A DNA stretch of 64,000 nucleotides. It comes from Strigamia acuminata. Its lineage: Eukaryota. The stretch covers positions 2,976,001 to 3,040,000 of the forward strand of contig OX442314.1 in the NCBI GenBank assembly GCA_949358305.1, read 5' to 3'. How positions within the stretch are numbered: the stretch's first letter is position 1; each line of letters opens with the position of its first letter. The position numbers and the translations under genes are program-made. Shown piece after piece: positions 23,051 through 36,003 of this stretch. The notes under the pieces are model-generated. The model did no database searches. It had not been told where the DNA came from and worked only from the letters and a program-made list of their open reading frames with translations.

Positions 23051-26000
23051 GAGTCCCTGTTAGAGCTCCATCCAACTTTTTGATGAAAACGTAGTCATCT
23101 CTCTCGGCATGCGCGTCTGCAATATGTTTCTTCTCAAGGTCTGCTCTGACCTCGTTGATTTCTTCCATTGTCGGCATCGCCAGTTTATTTCGACCCGCTT
23201 CGTTTCTCTTTTGATTTTGATTATTTAACAGTTTGATTAATTCTGAATTCGGATCGTTTGGGTGCGCATTACTGGTTTGGCCAGTTTTTGCTGCGAATGA
23301 ATTTTTTAGCGCCCACGATTCGGTACCTTTATTGTTACGGCGATCTTGTATAAAGGCTTCGTATAGTTCTTCCTTTACTTCGTCGGTTTCGTCAACTATG
23401 CTATCGAGGCCGTAGACCCATAGGTGCTTCCTAGATGTAGATTCGTCGCTTTTTTTCCCCAATTGTTGAGTTAACTTGACTCGGCATCGTTTATCGTCGC
23501 TCTTCTCTATCGTAGTTGCCGGTCGCTTCCCGTGTATTATCTGAAGGACACGATCCAATTCCTCGAATGGGTTTTTTCTCTTGTCGATGGTGATATTATG
23601 TTCACGGGCTAGGTCGGCCACTTCTAAGGCCATCGTTACTAGTTCGGCTGTTGATCGGGGTCAGGGTGAGGACATTACGGAGCTCGTTCTGGAGTGGGTC
23701 GGGGAGGATGCAGTGGACTGACCACTGTATTTTTGTTGGTGTTGAATCCATTCCTTTTCGAGTAAGGCTTGTTTTTCTTGGACTTCTCGGGTCAGTCTCT
23801 GCTCCATCTCGTCTATTCTCCTCTGATTTTCTTGAGCCACGGCCCGTTCCATCGCTAACTTCCTTGCTTCGTTTTCTCGTATTACTTCTCGCATTATCTC
23901 AGCCTTTCTCTCCTCCAAGGCGTCTATTCTCGCCTGATCAGCAATCTCACGTTCCATTTCGGCTCGTTTTTTGGCTATTTCCTGAGCCATTTCGCGTTCG
24001 AATGTGGCTCGCCTATCTGCCGCTTTTTCTTGTCTTGCCTGATTTGCTCTGGCTCGTTCGCGCAATATTGCGGTTGACGTTGTGGTCGCACTCTTGACGA
24101 GGGTCATTTGGTCTCTTATGGAAGTCGACCGTGGCGAATTTGGTAGTGACATTGATGGTACTAGCGAACGATGAAACGCTAATTGTTTCCGGGGTGTCAA
24201 TTTTTCGTGCTGGCCATTAGCTCGATCGATTTGGGCTGGTTGATCGTCTGCGGTTTTGTTAATACGATTTACTAATTTGTTTTGACGATCGTTTTTATTG
24301 TTTAGCCTGCTGTTGCTTGGGTCATTTGGGTCGTTGAAACTATGGATAGGTGAGTCCTGTCCGTTTCCTTCGCTTAAATCTTCATCTTCACTGGACTCAT
24401 CATTGGTTAGATCGTGGTCGCTTTGGATCGGTGATTTCCGTTCTTGGCTTTCGTCGTGTTCCAATTCATTTTCGTGAATTTGAGCTTCCGGCGTCAAGAG
24501 TGGATCGTAGACCGTTCCATCTTGGTGTTCACGTTCTTGTCTTCGCTCGTAACGTTTTTCACGATCGCTGGTGGTGGTCGCACAATTATTCGTGTTTGAT
24601 TTCGACATTTTTGAAGTTTGATTGACTCAAATGGTTTTGATAATTTGGTGGTTCGAGTTTGACTCAAACGATTTCGATATCCCGGTATTTCTCAGGTTTT
24701 GGATAGTTTGCTAAATTCAAACGATCCCGGACAGGCCCCCACGTGTCGTGATTCGACTTTAGTGGATGAGAAATACAAATATTTTGTCGGGACAAATAAC
24801 ACACTTTATTAAACAAGTACGAAATATTCGATACAATGGATAAATGTATTATTGTTGGTCTCGGATCCTGTTGCGAATACGAGTCGTTGCTGAAACAATC
24901 AGCCCTTGATTGTTCAGACTTACACGTGGCTTATATTGTCTGTTGTCTAGGGTTATATTTTCTGCTCTTTGCGAATCGAGTCAGTCTCAATTCGATTAGC
25001 AGTTTGGATATGAAATCAAACAAAGCCCACTTCGTTTGGAACACGTGGCGCACGTGTTACTTATCGCCAAAGTGGTCGGTTGAATCCAAATTAAATCCGT
25101 TTGGAATTTCGGTCGAGTTAGTCTCAACTTCGTTCCGTGCGCGTGGTGCGCGGGATTCTTTCGCCAATATGTTTGGTCAGTCAAAACTAGACGAAATTGT
25201 TTCGTGTACGTGTGTTCTGCGGAACACGTGGCGTACGTATTTTCCTTCGGCGATCGATCGGCGATTTAGGCCCGAAGTCGTGTTCGGTTAACACGTGCTT
25301 CGTTAATTCGCTTCGTGCGATTCGTTCGGAATATTTATTCCAACGTGGTCTGACCACGTCAAATAAATGTGATTGTCTGCTTACAGTTAGTATGGTCAGC
25401 GGGCACCGGTCCTCGATCAATCCGATAAAACGGCCTGAAAGGTGAGGAAATTGGTGCTCTTGCTGAAATCTGGTTACTGTAGTGTCATTTCCGGTCAAGC
25501 CTCGGTCTTATATACTGACCGGAAGTGACGCAATATGTAGATTATTCTGATTATTCAGATCCGCAGAAATACGAGACTAGTCAATCTAGTCTATTTCTGG
25601 TAGCGCTCCTGGCGGTCAAACTCATTAACACGATAAATCCCATCGATTTATCTTCAGGTGATCCGGAATCAGCACACCAGGTTTAGCCTGGTTTCAGAAT
25701 TTTTAGATCCTTTTTAAAGGCTTTTATTTAACTTGATTTGAACATTTGTTTGTTTGTGTGTTTGTGTTGTTCAACGTCCGGTCACGTGACCTGTAATGTA
25801 ATTTTTTAGAATCGCAGCGCCACCTGGCGGAACCTGTGTCCTTTAATAAATGCCAAAATGTTCGCCGGTACAAATTTTGATGTTTTCGATACTAAAAAAG
25901 GTTCTAACATTCTGAAACCTGATTGAAACAAAAATTTTTATCTTCCAAAAAAAATTTTTTTTAAATATTATTTAGAAAAAGTACTTTGTTGAAAGTTTTT

Positions 26001-27337
26001 TGGCATGATCACGGCAATCACGAAACATTCTGCAGTAGTAGCGCACACTGGCGGCAATTTGAAAAACCAATTTAAAAGGCTTTTTCCAAAACGTAATTTT
26101 TTATATTTACTTGTTTAGTATCAAACGATCATTTGTTTACCTTTTGTCATTTTTTGACGAGCTAAAAGGAAAAAGTAATTTTTTATACAATTTTTAAAAT
26201 TTTTGGATTCGGAAAAAGAAAATATGTCAATATCACATAAAAAAAATCATTTTTGAACCATCATGACATGAATCATGGAGTTTGAAATCAAAAGTAGTGG
26301 ATAAACAAACGAATTTTGTAAAAAAAAAAAAAAAAAAAAATTAAATTTTTAAATCCATTTATATATACTTGTATGTTATATGTAGAACTTGCATAAAATT
26401 TCAAAAAGAAAATCCCGTTTGTTTTCGAGGAAAAAAATAAAAACATTTTTGGAGGTCCAAATCAACCCTACAAAAATAATTCAGATTGAATTCAAAAGTC
26501 GTGGGTAATCAAAGAAACTTCGTTACACCACAACATACAGATTTTCAACTATTTTCTCTATCAAACTGTCGACTATTTTATTTATAAAAAAAAAACATCT
26601 ATCTCTAAGCGCACTTTCCAATGGCAGAGTTTACAATTACGTCATAGTGACGTCACACTAGAATGAAAACGAGGCTAAGGGGTATGTTTGTATACAGTTA
26701 ACATACAATTCTGGATGAATTGTATGAATTTCTTTAAATTAAATTAGAAAATAGACAAGAGGATAACAGCAGTAGTTCCACCAGAAGAAATGAAACAAAA
26801 AAATATATTTTTAGACTTTAAAATAAAAGTTTTCAAAAAAAGGGAGAATAGTTTGATTACATTTTTACTAACAACAATCGAATTTTCGAATAAAAAACGT
26901 CTCTTTCTTCGGCATTTTCGATGCAGTTCGGGTCGTTTTCCACATTTTCCGTTGCAAATTCCGTCAACAAAGCGGAGAAAGTGCTCTCCGACGTTCCGCA
27001 TGACCCATCGCACCGACCAATGACCGGCGACGGCTGCAATTCCCGTTCGGGTCACTCGATTTGCCTTGGCTTTGCTCGATCCATTCTGTCTCGCAACCGT
27101 TTCACACGTTTGCGGCAGTTTGAAAGAATCGTCGACGGCGGCGTAGTCGTCCTCGGCTCGTCCGCCATTTCTTCCTCAGTCGCCGCCACTTAATAATAAT
27201 ACAGTGATTTTAATGATATTAAATCACTTTTATGGTACCGTTTTATTTCGTTCTTAGCTGATTTTCTAACTATTTTCGATTTTCAATAATTTTTCTTTAA
27301 TTTTCACTATTTTTGCTCAATTCTTGATAAATTTATA

Positions 27338-28107
27338 CAGGGTGTCCCAAAAGTCTGAACCTCCCCAAGTAATTTCCAAAATACTTGAGATATCAGAAAA
27401 CTGAAGAAAAACTCATAGGGGAAATATTTCATTGCGAATCTGATGCGATCTTCAAATTTGACTTCAAAGGTCATTTTCAAGGTCATTCACTTGCTAACTT
27501 CTAAACCAATCAGGTTAGAGCAAAATTTCCAATTACAAAGTTGTAGAGAATCATCTAATTAGTCTAGAACTGCTCTTAAAAAAATTATTTCTTACGGAAA
27601 AGTTTTGAGAAAAAAAGGTTTGAAATGTTAGTCTACTCAGCTTTGTAACTCAGCCTTGTAACTTAAAACTACTGAGGCAACCAAACTAATCTTCAATTAG
27701 GACATTTTATTGGGTCATACTTGTAAGTAGAAGAGAGGAAACACAAAAGAAAGGAAATAATTTATTTTGGAAGTACATTCCACATGATAGTTTTAGGTTT
27801 CAAAGCTGAGTAGACTAACATTTCAAACCTTTTTTTCTCAAAACTTTTCAGTAAGAGATAATTTTTTTAAGAACAGTTCTAGCCTAATTAGGTGGTCCTC
27901 TACAACTTTGCAATTGACATTTTTTGCCTAGCATTGTTGGTTTAAAAGTTACGAGTTGCAAAACAGTGATGAAACAATGTCACATGAATTTAACATGTTT
28001 CATTGAATTTGTCACATGTCATTAAGTTAAATTCATAATCAAAAGTATTTTTAAATTTACATGATTGTGAAATAATTCACCTGGTAGGTGTTCGGCGAGA
28101 CACCCTG
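27338..28107. mobile_element. Tc1/mariner-type MITE with long internal inverted repeat
   Basis: TA|cagggtgtc ... gacaccctg|TA; arms ~27500-27645 and ~27800-27950 are reverse complements. Confidence 0.75.
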
Positions 28108-28299
28108 TAGGTTTGGTGTGTATGTTTTGATTTTGTACTGAGTATTGGGATTTGTGGTGGAGGTTTTTAGATAGATTGAGTATGTTCCTGTTTGTTGTGT
28201 CACGAGATGACTTAGAGTTTTGTCAAATCTTTTGGTTCAACACATAATATACTATAATAAACTATGAAAGGGTGTTTATTTCAAGTGTTGTTTTGGTTT

Positions 28300-29330
28300 A
28301 ACCATGGGGAATCAACTTTCAAGTATTTGGTGGCAGGGTTATTAAACAACCAGGAGGATGAAACCAGCTGGAGGTGAGGAAGTTATAAGGTGCTTTAGGG
28401 CATGGATGTTGTAAGAGTAAAAGGCAGCCTGATGAAGAGCAGTGACCTTGCTTCCAGCTGACCTGATTAGCAGGGGTTGGGAGTTTGGAGGTTCTTTGAA
28501 AGGGAAAAGGGTTAAAACAAATATTAAAAGTAAACAGACAATGGAGTTGTTATTATGTTTCTTTTCTTCCTTCATTGAAATATTATATAAGATGTACATG
28601 GGGATGTTTATGATTTACTCCATACATTTTGGTTGCTGTTGTGGTGTTAGTGTCATGTCTGACTGATGGTTGTTGTATATGTGTCTTGTTTACTGTAACG
28701 ACCCATGCAGGTTTAGAGGGGGTTATATTTAGTGTGTTGTTATTTGCAGATTCACAGTGCTACAGTTCAAGGAATTTGGTGTTGTGATAACAGGACAAAT
28801 GAAACAATCTCAATAAGGAAAGGACTCTTGTTAGTCTGTGAGTTTGTGCCGTGGAGTGGTAATGGCTTCATTAGCCCCATTTGCCAGGGAGGGTGCCGCT
28901 CTTCAAGGTTGGCCTCAGACAGATTTATATACATTGAGGAAATTTGGCCGTAATGAGGGTTAAGAAAGTGGGACTCGTGAGCAGGAGAGCAAGGGATGAA
29001 GAGCTGATATTTGTTCTCGCGGTGGCTAAAACCAGTGAAGAACCGTAGACCACCGTAAACCACTGCACGACGTCCGGTTGAGATTCAACCTCCCACCTTT
29101 TCCCGAGCCAAGATGGCTTTCAAGAGTCAGTAATGTTGTGGGCCATTAAGTTGATGTCCGCTGGGAGAAGACCATTTCTGAGAAGCAGACACTCATCTTT
29201 AATAATCACCGACAGGTTGTACTCATGTCATTTATTTTTGTGGTTGATACTATTTACTTTGTTGTCATTTCTGTTATTTTGGTGTTGGTATTCTTTTTGG
29301 GGGATTCAGTTTTTGGGGAGTTACTGAGGT
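28300..29330 (-). pseudogene. Possible highly decayed Penelope-like/non-LTR RT remnant
   Basis: Weak fragments (HQAAFYSY, ISSMYINL, SPAH..SHFL) resemble Penelope RT motifs; many stops. Confidence 0.3.
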
Positions 29331-29559
29331 TACCCTCAGATACTTAGCCTTGGGTAATTGATATTTGTGTTTTTCGATTTTATTAGTCTTGTTTTGTTGT
29401 AATAATTATTGGCAGTGTTGTGTACGCTACTTGAATTTGGTAACTAGTTACCGTTACCGTTACTTGGCAAAAAAAAGTAACTAGTTACCGACCGTTATCG
29501 TTACATTTTAGGTAAACCAACTTTTCCATTGTTGTTTAAAAACCAATTACAAGTACTGT

Positions 29560-29746
29560 CAGGGGCGGATCTAGCACCGGGCTATTGGGGCTTGAGCCCC
29601 GGGCCCCCAAATTCTCGGGGGCCCCCGAGACTCTGAGCCATGTACTAAAAAAAAGAAAAAAAAGAAAGGTTGCTATTAAAAATTTTGAGAAAGGGGCCCC
29701 AAAAAACCTCAAGCCCCAGGCCCCCGAAAAGCTAGATCCGCCCCTG
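29560..29746. mobile_element. hAT-type MITE (187 bp)
   Basis: TIR caggggcggatctagc / gctagatccgcccctg; 8-bp TSD agtactgt on both sides. Confidence 0.88.
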
Positions 29747-30739
29747 AGTACTGTACATTCATACTTTAAGTGAATAAGTGTTTTATTTATTTATTTGGGG
29801 AAAAAGTGCATTATTTTTGTCAAGTTTTGCCAGTTTCATGTTTCGTTCACGGCCGCGCAAACGCAATGTAGCATTTGCAGGTACCAAATAAATCAAAATG
29901 CAAATAAAAGTCGCAGTTTTTTCATTTTAGACAGCAGACAGCAGACAGTTTTGCTGAAGGCCCGAAGGCCAGAAAACCCAAAGTCAAAGAATCTGTGAAG
30001 AGGCCCGAAGGCCAGAAGGCCCGAAGGCCAGAAGGCCCGAAGGCCAGAAGGCCCGAAGTCAAAGGATCTGTGAAGACGGACACTTTGGCAAAACATGGCA
30101 AGGTAAAAGGGAATGGTATTGTTAACAAATCGGCAGTTTTATGTTTCTTAAATCAACAGATGAATGTAATACATCTTCTGCGACGTCAACAAAAAATCTG
30201 AAATGCTTGAAACACCGAGAGCACCAGCAGAAGACAATGTCGCCGACTGCAAATGCAGTGACCCAACGTTCGAGCACCCTCGTTTACTACTTTCGCACGA
30301 ACGTTGTGCCAGTGCCACCTAAGTGCCAACTCAGTGTTTTTAACTTTGTTTTAAGTTTTTGTTTGTGGGAATCCTTATGCTGGTGACACACAGAACGCAA
30401 TGCGGCGCAAATCGCACCGCTTTGCGATTTAGTTTCTCTGCAAATAATTGTTTTCAAAACCTTGATTTATAATTTGAAAACACTATTCACTTAACACACG
30501 TGTAATTATGCAAATCTTCAAATGAAAACCCGAAAAATCCAAACACTTCTCCAGCAAAAAATTTCAATTCATTTTTGCGACAGAAATTGAAAATTGAAAA
30601 ATTGCCCGTGATTCCATAGTTTTTGATATTAATTGTCCATTATTGGGTTATTAAAGAAAATTTCTATGCTAAATTCCTTTGAAAGGACAAATTTCATGTT
30701 TTTAATAAACTGTTTTTTCTTCATCAGTAATGTTATAAT

Positions 30740-31643
30740 TAGACCCCGGATAAATGCATAAATGCATGCTCCATATGTATTTTGCATATTTAGCCGAAAT
30801 TGGCTTATATTGCATATTTTCCGAAAATCGGAAAATAAATGCATATATTGCGATTTTTTAGGTACTGTCTGTTTTGATATGTTTTGTTTACGTATCACTG
30901 TTTTGATATTTAAATAGCACATGCACTTGCATTTTAGTGTAATTTGTTTGAAACAATGCCGAAAGTTGTCACTTCAAAGTTGACGCGGGAACAATAAAAA
31001 ATGTACGTTAATGAAATTGACAAAAACTCTTTACGAGTAGCTGATTGTCAAGAGCTTTTCAGTAGGGCATTGAAAACTGAACTTGTTTTCATTTCGGCAC
31101 ATTTTAAACTACTCTCTGAAACCACAACTAAACTTGAACAGCAAAACGTCCCACTGTTGGATTCTATCGATTTAATAGAAAACTTGGAAAAGCAATTTGT
31201 TACTCTTCCCTCAAGAGGCAAATCAGCAGGTTTGAAGTTAAAGAATACACTGGAAAAGAATTCTGGATTTCAGATGTTAAAGTTGGTTAGTGCTACACTG
31301 CGCGGTGAAGTCCGAGAAAATGAGTCTATACTACAGAATTATACCACTTCTGAAATTGCCAAATTTACATATGCCCCGATCACCAGTTGCGATGTTGAAC
31401 GATTTTTTTCGCAATTTAAGTCTGTGCTTAGTGACAAACGACAGTGTTTTACCACACAGCACTTAGAAATGGCACTAATTTGTTATTGCAATAAATGATT
31501 TCACTGAAATAAATTTTTTTATTTTGCATATTTCACTTTTTTTTTTTGCATATTTCACTTTTTTTTTTGCATATATTGAAATTTTTGGTGCATATTATAT
31601 GCGCATATAACGAAATTTATTTTGCATACATATCCGGGGTCTA
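30740..31643 (+). mobile_element. Internally deleted hAT DNA transposon
   Basis: TIR tagaccccggata / tatccggggtcta; 8-bp TSD gttataat. ORF 31001-31498 carries the transposase C-terminal motif APITSCDVERFFSQFKSVLSDKR. Confidence 0.88.
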
Positions 31644-32006
31644 GTTATAATCTTTCTAAGTGCATTTCTGATATTTGGATATTTTTCACGTGATTTTCCA
31701 TTGATTCTTTTTGTGATAATGCAGTTGTGTATCGTTGCTGACATCATATAGTATTTTCCAGTTTGCTTGTTGCGTGCGAGAGAAAATTTTGCTTAAAAAA
31801 TGATAAAAAAAAATGTTTTTGTTCTTTACTTCTCAATTTGTATTAATATTTGTTGTTAATTGAATCTATTTCTTACCTATTTTTTGCCATTGAATTTCAA
31901 ATGCCTGTCTTTTGGCACCAACTCGTTGTTTCTACGACGCCATGTTTGATTTTGCCGATGATTTGTATTTTGTATTGATTTCCATTTTGTGTATTCATTA
32001 ACGGAC

Positions 32007-32885
32007 TGGCTATTTCCACCCCCTAGAGGGTGAAAATAGTATCAGGGCTATTTCCACCCCCTTTTGAGAAGCGCATTTGATTGGCTAATTTCACCCACTG
32101 TTTTTCAGCGTTTTCTTCAAATGCAAGTGTTTTTCATCGTTTTCTTCAAATTCAAGTGTTTTTTATCGTTTTCTTCAAATTCAAGTGTTTTTTTTATCGT
32201 TTTCTTCAAATTCAAGTGTTTTTTATCGTTTGTTCCATTTCTTGCTTTGCTTGATTTTCATCAATTTGTTCCATTACTAGTTTAATTTTCATCGTTTTGT
32301 GAAATTAAAAATTGATTCCATTGTTTTTAATTCCACAAAACGATAAAAATCAAACTAGAAATGAATCAAAATGATCAATCAAACTAGAAATGGAACAAAT
32401 TCATAAAAATCAAACAAAAATATGGAAAAAAACGATGAAAAACACAATTGAATTGTGGTATTTGCGGTATATGCAGAATATCCGGTATTTGCAGAATATG
32501 CGGTATTTGCGGTATTACGGTATACCGTTTTTCGATATTTTTGGGAATACCGCGATATTGCCTCGTGAAAGAAATACCGCGGTACGGTATTACGCTACCG
32601 CACACAAGGCTATTTAACATGTTTTTATCAGTGGGTGGAAATAGCCACCAAGATATTTCCACCCTCTAAGGGGGTGAAAATAACTCAAATAAGATATTTC
32701 CACCCTCCAAGGGGGTGAAAATAACTCAAATAAGATATTTCCACCCTCCAAGGGGGTGAAAATAACTCAAATAAGATATTTCCACCCTCCAAGGGGGTGG
32801 AAATAGCCTATATCCTATTTTCACCCTCTAGGGGGTGGAAATAGCCCAGATTCTATTTTCACCCTCTAGGGGGTGGAAATAGCCA
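32007..32885. mobile_element. Foldback/MITE-like element with repeated subterminal motif
   Basis: 33-bp inverted termini tggctatttccaccccctagagggtgaaaatag; ~41-bp tandem copies 32630-32885; internal palindrome ~32280-32360. Confidence 0.65.
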
Positions 32886-33146
32886 CCGCCATTTATTAAT
32901 GCAATATAATTATTTAGTGTTATTAATTTCAAGTATTTTAATGTTTTGATGAAATCCTTTTTTTTTTAGTTCTTTTCTTACTGTTTTCTGATTGGCTGTA
33001 ATTTGCGAAACAAAAAACAAATAAATACATAAACTTTTATCAGCAAAAAATAAAGAAATAAACTTGGATATTACATTTTTTTCCGATACATTTTTCATAT
33101 TCCACAAATTTTTTTCACTTTTCAAGCGCTATCTATCCATATCCAC

Positions 33147-34936
33147 TCAAGAAACTAAACACGACGACGTATCGAACGAGAGAAACCAATCGTCATCCTG
33201 CTTTCGCCTCTTATCGACGTACCCTTTCGGCTGCTTGATCTTCACGAACGTGCCCCCGCACGTGACCCGATGCTCGTTCCACCACGCCTCGCTGGGCCCG
33301 GGCTCCCTGTTGATGGCCCTCTTCACGGTGCCGTAGAACGGCGGTTCTTCGCGACAAGGCCCGTCGCACAGCCACACGTGCGTGAGATACTTGTCCGCCT
33401 CGTTGTCGAAGTTGTGATAAACCGTCACGTTCGTGCCCGACGATTTATTGATGCGCTGCATGTGCGACAAAAACTCGGGTCCGTGCGCGTTGTGGTCGTT
33501 GTTGTTGGCGGTGACGAATAAAAACGCGTGGATCATTTCGTGCAGCATCGTCTCCATCAGGTCCTTGCGAGAACGCAGTTTGAGCAGAGGTTTGCTCAAC
33601 CGGATCAGGCACGGCCCGCCCGGTTCGAAGTAGCATGCCCCAGCGCACCTGGGATGGTTTTAGGCGAGAATCGAAATTAATTAAATGCGCTGTTTCGTCG
33701 TTTAAGAGCCGCGGCTGAGCAAAAATACGGTACAGGTCAAACTTTGTTGTTACGAATAGCTAGAGTTGTCCTATTTGTTCTGGTTCGTTGTATCGAGAAA
33801 CTTAAGAAATACAATTTACGAAAATTGGAGCAATGATGATTCTGGCATTTTTGCATGTATTTTAACATGATTTTGGCATATTTAAGTGTATTTCTCATTA
33901 TTTTGGCATATTTAAGTGTATTTCTCATGATTTTGGCATATTTAAGTGTATTTCTCATAATTTTGGCATTTTTAAGTGTATTTCTCATAATTTTGGCATT
34001 TTTAAGGGTATTTCTCATGATTTTGACATTTTTAAGTGTATTTCTCATTATTTTGGCATATTTAAGTGTATTTCTCACAATTTTGACATTTTTAAGTGTA
34101 TTTTCTTAAGAATTTTGACATTTTTGTTTATTTTCTCAGTTCTGAAGTGTATCAAATTGCATCATATTGAGAAAACACTTAAAAACATCAAAATCATAAG
34201 AAAATACTTAAAAACATTAAAATCCTGAGCAAATACACACAAAACGTCGAAATCATGCGAAAATACACATACCGGTAAACGTCCAAATCATGACAAAATG
34301 AGACCAATTTTAACCGGAAATGTTTGCAATAACGAACTATTTGCATATTTTGGGTGCATTTTCTTCATATTTTCTTAATAACGAAATAATTTAACATGGG
34401 AGAAATAGGGCAGCCAAAAAAAAAATTCTTTGTAGCAAGGAATTCGTTCGCAACAGCAAAGTCCAACCTGTACATTCGCAAAAACACGGTGCATTTGCAA
34501 AACCTAGCTATTCTTTTCATACGAAACATCACAAACTATGAACGTACGCTTCGTTCGTAAGATATTCACACTTCATCCACTACAATGTAATGAACGATAT
34601 ACCGAAATCATAGTTACCGACACAAATGGTGGTTTCGAATAAAAGCCGCGGCTCTTATAAATAAATTTAAAACTGAGTGACAAAATGTACTGCGTCATGC
34701 GGTTGCTCCATTCGACTTCGACGTCGTTGAGTCTACCCCAAAAGAATCTCTGGTTCAATTGCTTTAAAAGGCGATTCAGGTCGACGCATTGCCAGCAAGG
34801 ATCGTCGATTGAACTCCCGTCTGAAAATAAGGAAATTGATTAAATATATTTGGCGTTTCGCCTGTGTTTCGTTTATACTTGAATAGAGTTTGGCAATATC
34901 ACTGTCGATCGACGATAGATCGTCGTCTATGTCCAT
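33147..34936 (-). CDS. SPRTN: SprT-domain metalloprotease, Spartan-like (229 aa; exons 34879-34936, 34691-34820, 33147-33648)
   Basis: FFWGRL..VEVEWSNRMT-CAG..C.IRLSKPLLKLR..DLMETMLHEMIHA...HGPEF...C.GPC...WW.EH..TCGGTF; GT-AG introns phase-consistent. Confidence 0.88.
33858..34300. repeat. 30-bp minisatellite (ttttggcatatttaagtgtatttctcatna) with inverted degenerate copies
   Basis: Tandem units in SPRTN intron 2. Confidence 0.9.
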
Positions 34937-35279
34937 GTTCGCCGACGTTCGTTGTCGCCGAAATTGGCGACCGCAAACACGGCCTCGAGAATCGCTTGTG
35001 CTACGCCATTGAAATTTGGTGGCGCTGAGGCGAGTGGAAATTGTCAAAATTAAGCAACAATTCGTTGGATGTTTGTTTGTTTAGTGATTGAAAAGTTGAT
35101 TTTTATGTAGGAGATTGTAGATGCGCCGAGTGGTGGGTATTTTTTTCGGAGTTGTACGGGCGATAGTGCGGAAGTCGATTATTGTGCCGCGCTCTGTTGG
35201 AGACTCGCGCAATAACTGTTAGGTAAATGGGCAAACTGCATTAAAATGTCATAAAGAAAATTAATTTTTTGTCACAAAT

Positions 35280-35810
35280 TGAAATTTCACTGAAAGTTCA
35301 AGTAAAAAATACAAAAATCACTGAAATTTCAAGTAAAAAATTCAAAAATTACTGAAATTTCAAGTAAAAAATACAAAAATTGCTGAAATTTCAAGTGAAA
35401 AATGCAAAAATCACTAAATTTTGCAATAAAAAATTCCAAAATCACTAAATTTTGCAGTAAAAAATTCCAAAATCACTAAATTTTCCAGTAAAAAATTCAA
35501 AAATCACTAAATTTTCCAATAAAAAATAGAAATTTCACAAAATTTTCCAGTAAAAAATAGAAATTTTATTAAATTTTCCAATAAAAAATAGAAATTTTAT
35601 TAAATTTTCCAATAAAAAATAGAAATTTCACTATCTTTTCCAATAAAATATACAGATTTCACTAAAGTTTCCATTAAAAAAATTGAATATTACTAAATAT
35701 TCCACCCCAAAAATTCCAAATCACTAAATTTTCCATTAAAAAAATTTCAAATTTCCCTCAAATCCACCATTAAAAAAATCAACATTTTACAAAATGTTCC
35801 ACTAAAAACC
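35280..35810. repeat. ~30-bp A/T-tract minisatellite
   Basis: aaaaaat..aaaatcactaaattttcc units. Confidence 0.8.
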
Positions 35811-36003
35811 ATAAAATCTTATTCCATCACTTCTCACGTCCCAAAGTCCATCCAAATACAGATTTTAAATTTCTCCGCACTTTATTAGAGGCCCGCGCAC
35901 AACCTGACCACATAGTCGAATAATTCGCACGATTCTTGATATCACAAATCCATAAATGTTCGTCCACCGCTCAACATACGGGACTGACAAAACGGCGATG
36001 ACG

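Larger units (their letters stand above)
16824..24608 (-). pseudogene. Element D gag (~970 codons), interrupted by C, one in-frame TGA and one frameshift
   Basis: ORF 23661-24608 is in frame with 23037-23633 across a single TGA. Across the C TSD it reads ...LTGT-RLDDMIL.... Frameshift near 18060 into the ORF with KFDG...W..F...F...MRQAPGETLREYIQR and CNFCQEEGHWRQNC. Confidence 0.78.
16686..26016 (-). mobile_element. Element D: outer Ty3/gypsy-type LTR element (5' LTR, PBS, gag, start of pol); remainder displaced left of the window
   Basis: PBS tgggggcctgtccgggat (tRNA-Pro type, 24724-24741) next to the LTR edge tgtcgtga at 24744. Minus-strand TATATAA ~25508-25514 and AATAAA ~24805. Gag with capsid-like motifs and CCHC. 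Outer LTR end (~26016, tcacggca) is uncertain. Confidence 0.72.

Noticed and set aside
23651..24097. Plus-strand ORFs antisense to element D gag (and similar shadows over B and C)
   Set aside because: Antisense shadows of real coding frames with no independent motifs.
32630..32885. Regularly spaced palindromic repeats resembling a CRISPR array
   Set aside because: Spacers are not unique, there are no cas genes, the context is eukaryotic, and the repeats are subterminal units of a TIR element.
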